Shown in pieces: positions 22,101 to 34,100 of a DNA stretch of 64,000 bases. The notes under the pieces are model-generated. The model was not told where the DNA came from and did not search any database. It was given only the letters and a program-made list of their open reading frames with translations. The stretch lies in the NCBI GenBank assembly GCA_964252035.1, contig OZ176200.1; one strand, written 5' to 3'. The first letter of the stretch is position 1, and each line of letters starts with the position of its first letter. Both the position numbers and the translations under genes were made by a program. The stretch is from Podarcis erhardii (taxonomy: Eukaryota).

Positions 22101-25100
22101 AGAGCTCAGAAAGTACAGATTCAGAGTAAAGGCTGTAAATGCTGCAGGGGAATCCGAGCCAAGCCTTTGCACTGCAGAAATACCATGCAAGGAAGTTCAA
22201 GGTAAGGATTGCTGGAAATAATTCTTTCCACTCAAACATGAGACATAGAAAAATCAAAGGATTTGAAAACTGAAATGCAGGAATGGCTGCCCAGCACATT
22301 AGAGTTTTCAAGAGTAAAGCAAACTTACTGGGGGGTGTTATGGGTACAAGGGAAATCCCAACATCAATCTGATAGCAATAGAAGCTGGAGCTAGATTATT
22401 CTGCATACATTTGAGAAATAACTCTTCTCAAAGTGTCCCTGCCGTATGAGTTAAGGCAGATAGTGATCAGAGAGAGATCCTTCTCAGTGGTGGCACCATT
22501 TCAGAGAATTCTGTCCTCGGGAAGCCCACCTGACACCAACATTGTTATGGATTTGGGGCCAGCAAGGGTTTTGTTTTTGTCTTTTTACTAGGCTGTTTCA
22601 TGCATTGTTCTAATATATTTTGGTGTTATATGTTATCATGTTTTTGTAAAGCTTTGCTAAAGGGCAGTATATATTTCAAATAAGTATATATCTTGATATC
22701 TTGGTTTATCATCAAGAGAATAATACACAACTGAGGCTGCAAGCCTACCCATTTACCTGGAAGAAAGACCCATCAATGTCTGCCGGACTTACTACTGAGT
22801 ATACTGTACATGCATAAGTTTACCCTATTAGAGAACTTATGTGACAGGTAGATGAATTCTGACTATATTATTTATATGATATATTATTTGTATTTTGCAG
22901 AGGAGCCAGAAATATTTATTGATGTTGGAGCACAAGACCTTCTCTCTTGCCGTACCGGTACAGCAATCAGAATTCCAGCAGTTATTAAGGGCCGTCCTAT
23001 TCCCAAAGTAACTTGGGAATTTGAAGGAGATGCAAAGAAAGCTGTAAAGGTCAGTGGCAAAACAAAGTAAACTGTTAAAAACTTCAAGCTAAAGTATTGT
23101 GTGTTTGTGTATGTATTTACTATTTCTTCTTTATTTAAAGGATGGACATAACATACCTGAAGATGCTACGGTAAAAAAATAGCTTATATTTGAATTCGCT
23201 TATTTTGCTTCTAATATTTGCATTTTTCAAGTCCTTTTTTAATTATTATTGCTAAGTAAGTTTATTTTGGTTTGTGCAGGTGGAATCAACTGATACCACA
23301 TCAGTAATTAATATCCCTGCATGTAACAGAGGTCATTCTGGAAAATACAGTATTACAGCAAAGAATAAAGCAGGACAGAAAACTGTAAATGTCAGGGTGA
23401 ATGTCCTAGGTAAGACTAATCAATCTTAATATTGCACCACTTCACTAATTTTTGTGATACAAAAGTTCATATACTGTAAAACCCCATATAATGATTTTTC
23501 CAATCTGTTTTCATGATGAAATAGATGTTCCAGGGCCACCAAAAGACCTGAAAGTAAGTGACATAACAAGATGCAGCTGTAAACTTTCATGGAAAATGCC
23601 GGACAATGATGGTGGAGACAGAATCAGAAACTATATTATTGAGAAAAGAACTGTTGAAGGGAAAGCCTGGACAAAAGTTAATCCCAACTGTGCTGGCACA
23701 TCATTGGTTATTCCTGATCTCATAGCTGGGCAACAATACTTCTTCAGAGTACGTGCAGAAAACCGCTTTGGTGTTGGACCCCCAGCAGATACAATTCAAA
23801 GGACCACAGCGAGGGATCCAATCCGTAAGTTAAATCAAAATGGGACATTGATTCATGCATTTTATTGGCAAAATTTAGACAAGAAAATCATAAAAGAGTA
23901 AGAAAACCTTCCATAAAACATTGGCAATCCGGACATATTATGCACATAAAACATATGAAAGACTCAGTAGCCACCGTTAAGAAAATTAAATAGTTTTAAA
24001 TTTGACTTTTAAAATCTCAACTAAATATCCTGAAACAATCTCAGTGGTTTGGGGAGTATCATTCCTCAGCAGATATTGGACTGCAGGTTCTTTGAAAATA
24101 AATACTTAAATACTTTAAGGGTGTGGCAAAGTGGGACATTTGTTTTTACTACTGATACTTTATTGTAGGGCAGTACTTACATTTTACTTTGCTCCTTTTT
24201 TAAAAAAAACAACAACAACACACAGATCCTCCAGACCCACCGATCAAGCTCAAGATTGGTCTTATAACAAAGAACACGGTAAGCTTGACATGGAAACCTC
24301 CAAAGAATGACGGCGGTGCTCCCGTAACACATTATAATGTGGAGTGCCTTCGCTGGGACCGTACCGGTGAAGGGAAGGAAGCCTGGCGACAATGCAATAG
24401 ACGGGATGTGGAAGAAACAAAGTTTACTGTTGAAGACCTTAAAGAAGGTGACGAATATGAATTCAGAGTGAAAGCAGTGAATGAAGCAGGTCCAAGCAGA
24501 CCGTCAGCTACTGTTGGGCCAGTCGTTGTCAAAGATCAGACATGTAAGTGCTGCAAAGCATTATTCAAATATCCACTCACCTGGGGCTCCAGGGGAGCAG
24601 TGTTTTTGTTACACAGTGCGGCCGCGGGACGGTCCCAGGGGATCTGCCATCTTCCCACACAGCCAGGCAAAGGGATGGTCACATGGCAATGCCCTCCTCA
24701 CATTGGGCTGGATCCTACATTGAACAGGTACCCCGCTAAAGGGGTCCAGGAGGGGTGACTCTCTCTGAGAGCCCACATGATAGGCCAATATGCCTCTTGC
24801 AATGATGCCCTGTCATGGCACCTGGTCGATGTTGGGGGCAACTCCCCAGCACAGGGTCCTTCCCCCATTGGGTCTCTTATCAGCCAGCACGTGGGTTGAC
24901 TGATGATGCCCATTGCCTTAGCCAAACCTACTTGTATCTGTATTGAAGGAAGTTGTGGCCTAATTCAACCCAATATCAATCTCTTGTGTTCATTTCCACA
25001 ATCATGTGCCTGCAATGCAAAGCATTTTGACTTCTGTATTTATAGTGGCTCAATAATTTTTGCTTGCTTTTGTTTGTAGGCCCTCCGTCAATTGAACTCA

Positions 25101-28100
25101 AAGAATTTATGGAGGCAGAAGAAGGGACAGATATCAAGATTGTAGCCAAAATAAAGGGCGTCCCCTTCCCGACATTGACTTGGGTCAAAGCTCATCCAAA
25201 GAAACCTGATGACAAATTGCCAGTGCTATATGACCAACATGTCAACAAGATTGTGGATGAAAATTCCTGTACTTTGCTGATACAGCAATCTCGCAGAAAA
25301 GACACGGGCTTGTACACTATAACTGCTGTCAATAACTTTGGAACAGATTCAAAGGAGATGAGGCTGAATGTGCTAGGTAAATATCAATGTATTTTGGCAT
25401 TGGCAACCTAATTTACTATTTGTTATATAATGTTCAAAACATGTCTCTCCTGTTATCAGTCTCTGCAGCCACAGCAGGTGCTATAATTCTCCAATGGTTT
25501 GGCTTCATCCCTGAAGGCAAACTCTTCCATTTCCTCCTGAGACAGACAGATGCCAACCACAGCAATATAACACTCAACTTTGACAACAATTAATGCTTTA
25601 TAAAATGTATTTTTCAGGTCGCCCTGGACCACCAGAAGGACCCATTAAATTTGAATCTATTTCCGCCGATCAGATGACAATTTCTTGGCTTCCTCCTAAA
25701 GATGATGGTGGATCTAAGATAACTAACTATGTTATTGAAAAAAGGGAAGCAAACAGGAGGACCTGGGTCCATGTTACCAACGAACCTAAAGAATGCATCT
25801 TCACAGTACCCAGACTACTAGAAGGGCATGAATACATCTTCCGCATCATGGCACAGAATAAATATGGCGTTGGGGAACCTCTTGATAGTGAACCTGAAAC
25901 TGCCAGAAATCTATTCAGTAAGTATACAGTTATCTCAAATAACACCTGCGCTTATATTTATTGGCAAAGCAGAACATAAGTAATCTAATTAGATAGCTTG
26001 AGAGCCCTAAGTTAAAATTGTTATTTTTTTTTAATCTTCTGGATGGCTAAAATGTCTATAATAGTTTTTAAAAGCTTTCCAAAATAGATCTTTTATGGAT
26101 ATTTTTTCTGTTTCATCTTAAAACCTTACCTGTTTTAAATGTTAAATATTGAATCTGTACTTATATCATTTTAGATTTTATTTAGCACAGTATAGACCAT
26201 TTCTTTGCCTTTCTTCACCATAATATAATAAAACATTCAATTATCAGTGCAATCTTGTGCTCTGCTATACACAATGAAGCACAGTGCTGTGGCAAAGGAA
26301 CCCTTCATCAGCTCCACTATTCCAAGAAATACAAAATGCTGGCATTTGGTGCAGAGCTACTGTAAAAAGGGCTTTTCAGGTTGAAGATGCTCAGCCATGG
26401 CTCTAGCACAGGATTCTAGGACTTGACAGTTAGGTATAACAAAGAAAAAGGAGGACTTTGTATAGCCCTGCCCTACTTACTTCACAAAGGTTGTTTCTAT
26501 AGGGGCTAATGAAAGACTGGGAGAAGAAACTTCAAATGAAGGCTATAGCATAAATACCATACATAAGTGGTCTATGTGGCGCCCAGCGCTTTGCTTTACT
26601 CTATTCTTTACTTTATTCCCTAGCTGTTCCTGGAATTTGTGACAAACCAACAGTCAGCAGTGTCACACATGACTCGATGACCGTCAACTGGGAGGAGCCA
26701 GAATATGATGGAGGCTCCCCTGTGACGGGTTATTGGCTGGAGCGTAAAGAGACCACTGGAAAGAGATGGACACGGGTTAACCGTGATCCTATTAAACCTA
26801 TGACATTGGGAGTTTCTTACAAAGTACCTGGCCTTATTGAAGGTTCAGATTACCAGTTCCGTGTCTATGCTATTAATGCCGCCGGTGTTGGACCGCCAAG
26901 CATGCCGTCTGATCCAATAACTGCAAGAGACCCAATCTGTAAGTAATTAAGATTTATTTATTTAATTTATTTATTTATTTGGTGTGAAAGGGGGAAATAT
27001 AATAAAAGATGGTATAGATGGTATATGTTTGAGAAATAATAAATACGCAGTCTTGTGACAGAATGGTGCAATATTTTTTTTCCCCAGCTCCACCTGGTCC
27101 TCCATTTCCAAAAGTTACTGATTGGACAAAATCTTCCGTTGACCTTGAATGGACTCCTCCATTAAAAGATGGTGGTTCTAAAGTCACTGGTTACCTTGTT
27201 GAATTTAAAGAGGAAGGGAAAGAAGAATGGGAAAAGGTAGGTGAAATGCTGCCTTTGAAAATTTATTTGAAACATTATGTCGATTCCATAACTGAACATA
27301 CTGAGGAACATACTGACTCACTGAAAGGGCTACTAACTCATCTGTGTGGCCTAGAAGCAGCAAAAACCCATTGTTCCCCTTCCCCGTAGGTGGCTTTTAA
27401 TGGTAGCATGAGTGAAAGATAAGGGAGGGAGGTAAGTGATGTGGTGTGGGGAGAGGCATGAAGTAAGGAGGTTCAGGGGGAAGGAATGAAAGGACTCAGG
27501 TACACAGCTGCAAATAAAACGTTTTGTGTTGTAATGTGCAACATACCAGTGTGACACTAGATGGTGACAGTGAGCTATGCAAAATCCAATGTATTTTTCA
27601 AAACGTTTTTTAGAAAAGCATTTTCACAGTGTTTTTAACATGTGTGTAGATTCCACCAAAGACACAAAATTTCTTTTTGTTTTCAGGCAAAAGATAAAGA
27701 AATAAGAGGGACCAAGTTTGTTTTGGCAGGATTGAAAGAAGGAGGTTTCTACAGATTTAGAGTCAGAGCAATAAATGCTGCTGGTATTGGAGAGCCTGGA
27801 GATGTCACTGAAGTCATTGAAATAAAGGACAGAATAGGTATGTCTTAGGATAAAAACAGCCTCTCTTTGTTCTTGTGCGAGTAAGAGAATAGAAACTAAA
27901 TATAAAATATATTGTTTGTTTCTACAGTTGCTCCTGATCTCATGCTTGATGCTCATGTGAAAGACAGAATCGTTGTCCATGCTGGTGGAGTGATCCGCAT
28001 TATAGCTTATGTCTCAGGAAAGCCACCTCCAACAATTACCTGGAAGATGGATGAGAGAGCTCTCCCAGAGGAGGCTAAAATCGAGGAAACTGCAATTAGT

Positions 28101-31100
28101 TCTTCTATGGTCATAAAGAACTGCAAGAGAAGCCACCAGGGCCTATACACCCTTCTCGCTAAAAATGCCGGTGGAGAAAGAAAGAAGACTATTATTGTTG
28201 ATGTGCTAGGTAAGCACTGAAAGCTAACTTGCTGGTGGCTAGACTGCTGATGAGGGCAGATGGCTGATGGATGAATGACAGAAAGTGACACTTTTGTTGA
28301 TGCATTGGCACTGGCTACCCATATGTTACTGGATCAGGATGACGGCTCATGTACAAAACCCTGAACAACTTGGGTCCAAGATAACACAAGAAGTGTCTGC
28401 TCCTTTCTGTCCCATTTCGATGACTTAGATCGTCTGAAGGAAGGCTGTTAGTTGTTCCCAATATCTCAGAAACCTTAGTGTGTCATTATTCCCATACTGC
28501 AGAAAACTCTTCTAACAGAGAATCAGTGGACATACTCACTGTTAACCTTCAGACGTCTCTTGGAAGATGTTCTTATGCAGACAGGCCTATTCAGTTGTTA
28601 AATTTCCTTTATTTAGACGAGCCAGTCATTCTTGTGATTACTTTGTATTGTTTTATAGTATTTTATATTGTGCACTGCCTTGGTATATTACCGTATATGA
28701 GTGGGTGGGGTTATATAAATATATAAATATGTTTTTATAAATATTGCATCTATGTTATTATTTGGGTTCCAATTACAGAAATGTTAAATGTTCATCTTAA
28801 AACCATTCTACTGTATTTCTTTCCTTCACAGATGTTCCAGGTCCAGTTGGCATTCCATTCCTTACTGAGAACCTAACCAACGACTCATGCAAACTTACGT
28901 GGTTTTCTCCTGAAGATGATGGTGGCTCAGCTATCACCAACTACGTAATTGAAAAACGTGAAGCAGACCACAGGGCTTGGACCCCAGTGACATATACGGT
29001 CACCAGGCAGAATGCAACAGTTCAGGGGCTGATTGAGGGCAAAGCATACTTCTTCCGAATTGCACCTGAGAATATTATTGGCATGGGCCCATTTGTGGAG
29101 ACAACAAAAGAGATTTTAATCAGAGACCCAATAAGTAAGACTTTATTGTCTTTTTTTTTTCCAGTACTGATGAGAATTTGCCTTGGAAAAAGTACCTAAC
29201 ATGTTGCATGTGTTTATTTCTAGCTGTGCCAGAAAGGCCTGAGGATCTGGAAGTCAAAGCAGTAACGAAGGATTCTGTTACACTGACCTGGAACCCACCT
29301 AAGTACAACGGTGGCTCTGATATAACCATGTATGTTTTGGAAAGTCGCCTTATTGGGAAGGAGAAATTTACCAGAGTTACGAAAGAGAAAATGCTTGACA
29401 GAAAATACACAGTTGAAGATTTGAAAGAAGGTGACACGTACGAGTATCGCGTGAGCGCTTGCAATATTGTGGGACAAGGCAAACCATCATTTGTTACGAA
29501 ACCCATCACATGCAAAGATGAAATTGGTAAGTTTCCATTCTGGAGCAAACCAACCAACCAAATGTGCATTGGGTGATCTGTGAGTTTTTATAGATATCAC
29601 TGATTCTTCTTTTTTTTAACAATACTTGTAGCTCCTCCACAACTTGAACTTGATATCCGAGAGAAGCTCACTGTCCGTGTAGGAGAAGCTTTCAGTCTGA
29701 CCGGCCGTTACTCAGGCAAACCAGCACCAAAGATTACCTGGCTCAAAGATGAAATTTCTGTGAAAGAAGACAAACGGACAAAGATCCAGACTACGCCAGC
29801 TACTCTTTGTTTGGGGATATTAAAATCTGTCCGTGAAGATTCAGGCAAATATTGTGTCATTGTAGAAAACAGTTCAGGAACAAGAAAAGGTTTCTGTCAA
29901 GTTACTGTAGTTGGTAAGTATTGCTATAGTGCTAAAATAGGTTATTTCCACATGTGGTATGAATTAGAACTGATCAAATGAGGGTGGGATGGCATATCAC
30001 ATGATAACATTTAACCTAATGCACATTGTGAAGAACTTTTCTGATAACAGATAGTTTGTTTATGAAAACGTCAATCAAGAAAAATGAAGGTGATTTCCCC
30101 AGGTTAGGCCCCAGTTCATGACTGTATTCTTACTCAGAACAACACCTCCATCTCATGAGGACATAAATTCATGTTTTAATTGAAATATGTGCTGATGGGG
30201 TGTCCTAACCACGTCTTTATAAGTCCTTACCATCCAAAATGTTGGGTGAAAGAGCAATGATTTGGTTCCAAAAGGTTGCTTATTGTAAGCAGAAGGTATT
30301 TCCACTTTTAGAAGGTGTCTCACCCATTTATGCCAATTGACACATCCCAATGAGTCCCTTTGCCACATGCCGCACCATTCTTGACGTCTCCCCACCCTCA
30401 GAAGTAGCTTGAGGAAGGCAAGGAGGGAGTGGGAAAGCCCTGTTGCAGTTATGGAACTCCCCTTACACTTCTCTGAGCCCAAACCACTTAATTATATCAT
30501 TAAGTTCAATCCATTTATTGTTCAAATGAGACGATTAACCACTGTAGCCTGCAGAAACCATCAGGACAGCATCATTGTTATACTAATAATCCAATCTTGA
30601 TGCTCTAGCACAGGCTTCCTCAAACTCAGCCCTCCATATGTTTTTGGCCTACAACTCCCATGATCCCTAGCAAGCAGGACCAGTGGTCAGGGATTATGGG
30701 AATTGTAGTCTCAAAACATCTGGAGGGCCAGGTTTGAGGAAGCCTGCTCTAGCAGCAACATTATAAATGAAATATTATTCTGGCACTGCAGGATGTCTCT
30801 CTAGACCAGTGGTCCCCAAAGGTAAAGGTAAAGGACCCCTGGATGCTTAAGCCCAGTCAAAGGCGACTATGGGCTGCAGTGCTCATCTCGCTTTCAGGCC
30901 AAGGGAGCTGGCATTTGTCCACAGACAGCTTTCTGGGTCATGTGGCCAGCATGACTAAACTGCTACTGGGGCAAAGAGGACCGTGATGAGTGCCAGAGCA
31001 CACAGAAACATCGTTTACCTTCCTGCCACAGCGGTACCTATTTATTTACTTGCACTGGTGTGCTTTCAAACTGCTAAGTTGGCAGAAGCTGGGACAGAGC

Positions 31101-34100
31101 AACAGGAGCTCACCCTGTTGTGCAGATTCGAACTGCCAACCTTCCAATTGACAAGCCCAAGAATCTCAGTGGTTTAGACCACAGTGCCACCTGTGTCCCA
31201 GTTCCCAAAATGCCCTCCCCAAAAAATACTGCTTGGAAACTACTGGTGGTGTTCGTCAACAACTTAATGATTCTTCTCCCTGTTGTAGTGATTGTAATGT
31301 GCTGTTTTAGTTGCTGTATGAGTTTTAATTCTACTGCTTCTTTTATTTCTTACATTATATTTTATTGCAGGACAATTTGCTCTCCTTAGAATTCCAAACT
31401 TCAATACAATGTAAGAAATGAAAAAGCAATTAAAAATCAATGTGCATATTAAATGCAGACTTCTGGCAGAGTACATTTCTACAATACCACACCACTTTAT
31501 CACCTTTTGTGGCTATTCTGTGTCTTAACCATTTTGCCCTATTTATTTTTCTTCACTTGCTAGGGGTGTTTGATCTGTACATTAGTGTTTGATGCATAAA
31601 TATATTTCTTTTACTTTTAAACAGACCGTCCTCAACCACCAGTGGGCCCAGTTATTTTTGATGAAGTTACTAAAGATCATTTTGTTATCTCCTGGAAACC
31701 TCCCTTGGATGATGGTGGAAGTCCAATTACAAATTACATTATTGAGAAGAGAGATGCAAACAGAGACCTCTGGATGCCAGTCACGTCAGCCAATGTCAAG
31801 ACAACGTGCAAAGTCCCTAAATTACTTGAGGGAAGAGATTATGTTGTCCGAATCTATGCTGAAAACTTGTATGGCATGAGTGATCCTTTAATATCTGATG
31901 AAATGAAGGCCAAGGATCGTTTCAGTATGTTGTTTATTTGCCAATTCATTTTACTTAAGTCTCCGCCATATTTCTACTTCACTTATATTTTCATATTATT
32001 TTTTGTATGAAATGGATTTAAAACTTGAAAACATTATTTCTTCAGGTGTTCCTGCTGCACCAGAGCAACCTATCATTAAAGGCGTCACCAAAAATTCTGC
32101 TTTAGTTACCTGGAAGAAGCCATATGATGGAGGAAAACCAATAACCAATTACATACTTGAAAAGAAGGAAACTATGTCTACTCGATGGGGAAGAGCCACC
32201 AAAGATCATATTTACCCAGATACTCAGTACAGGGTAACAGATCTTCTTGAAGGCTGTGAATATGAATTCCGAGTTTCAGCAGAAAATGAAATTGGCGTTG
32301 GTGATCCTAGCCCACCCTCAAAACCATTTTTTGCTAAGGATCCAATCGGTATATTCTCATGTATTATATTTGTGATATTACTTGGTATCGATTAATCTCT
32401 TTTTCAGATTCATTATTCCAATGTAATGGGGTGTTGTTGTTTTTTCATTTTTACAGTAAAACCAAGTCCACCCATTAATCCTGAAGCAGTGGATAAAACT
32501 AAAAGTTCAGTGCAATTATCCTGGCAACCACCACGTCATGATGGAGGAGGCAAGATCATAGGCTATCTCATTGAGTACCAAAAGGATGGCGATGAGGAGT
32601 GGAAAAAAGCCAACCATACACCAGATTCTTGCCCTGAGACAAAATACAATGTCACCGGCCTCACTGAGGGTACCAAATATAGATTCAGAGTCTTTGCAGT
32701 CAATGGGGCAGGAGAATCCGAGCCAGCTAATGTTCGTGATCCAGTTGAAGTCAAGGACAGACTTGGTAAGCAGAACATGATGTTTTAATTTGTTTTAAAG
32801 GGCTAAAGTGGATATATTTTCTGAACACGATGTCCCTTTTTTTTACAGAGGCTCCTGATTTAATCCTGGATGCTAATATGACACGAGAACAACACGTAAA
32901 AGTTGGAGATACATTGAGGCTAAGTGCTGTAATTAAAGGAATTCCATTCCCAAAAGTGACTTGGAAGAAAGAAGATAAGGAAGTCCCTACAAAGGCAGAT
33001 ATTGAGGTTACAGGAGTTGGCAGTAAGCTTGAAATTCGACACGCAGTCCATGAAGACGGAGGGAATTATTCCCTGACCGTGGAGAATCCGGTTGGATCAA
33101 AGACTGTTTCAGTAAAAGTTCTTGTTCTAGGTAATGAATGGAATGATGTTAACACTTCTACTGGGAGATAAAACATGACAGAGGTGAATGATAGGAACAT
33201 ACCTATGTACAACAGAAAAGCAGGAATGAAAAATTATATTTTTCATCATCTGTTAGCAACCTTGTTCCCCAACTTTGGAAGGGAATTTTCTAAATGTTAT
33301 GAAGCATTATCAGAATCCTTGTGGTGTTAAAATACACACACACCAAATATGGGTGGGTGCAGCCATAGTCTTTGGAAAATATTAATTGTTTTCTGAGGTT
33401 CATAGTCACTGAAATTAATAATACTAATAATTTTACTGTTTGTACTCTGCCCATCTAACTGGGTTGCCCCAGCCACAACACAAACATACATACAGCGAAG
33501 CTACTGTAAATTTGTTGAAGAAATCGGGGTGAGGGGCGTTGTACACAAACTAGTTTGATTTTACACCCTGTACTTTGTGTCAGGTTTAATTATCCAGGTT
33601 CGGATGAAAAATGTTTAGAAATTAAAAATGGTCAGAGGCTGTCCGTCCTCATTTTCTAGAAATAAGAAGTATACAATCATAAGGAAAAGACTCTTCCTTG
33701 CAAATAATATACAGTGGTACCTCGGTTTAAGAACTTAATCCGTTCCGGAAGTCCATTCTTAAACCGAAACTGTTCTTAAACCGAGGCACGCTTTCCCTAA
33801 TGAGTCCTCCTGCCACCGGTGCCCTTCCACCGTTTGGCTTCCATTCGTAGACCAAGGTAAAGTTTGCAAACTGGGACACTACTTCCGGTCTTGCGGAGTT
33901 CTTAAACCGAATCGTTCATAAACAGGACTGTTCTTAAACCGAGGTACCGCTGTATTTAACACAATATTTTTATACATTGAACATTTATTTCATTTTTTGT
34001 TTTGTTTTGTTTTTCCAGATAAGCCTGGGCCTCCCAGGAATCTACAGGTCAGTGAAGTGAGAAGAGATTCTTGCTATCTGACTTGGAAGGAACCTGAGGA

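Noticed and set aside
27896-27905. Exact MEF2 consensus CTAAATATAA
   Set aside because: Isolated, within the acceptor region of a 90-nt AT-rich intron; expected by chance.
29205-29210. TGCATG (RBFOX motif) just upstream of an acceptor (also 6559-6564)
   Set aside because: Single hexamers with no clustering or evidence of alternative splicing.
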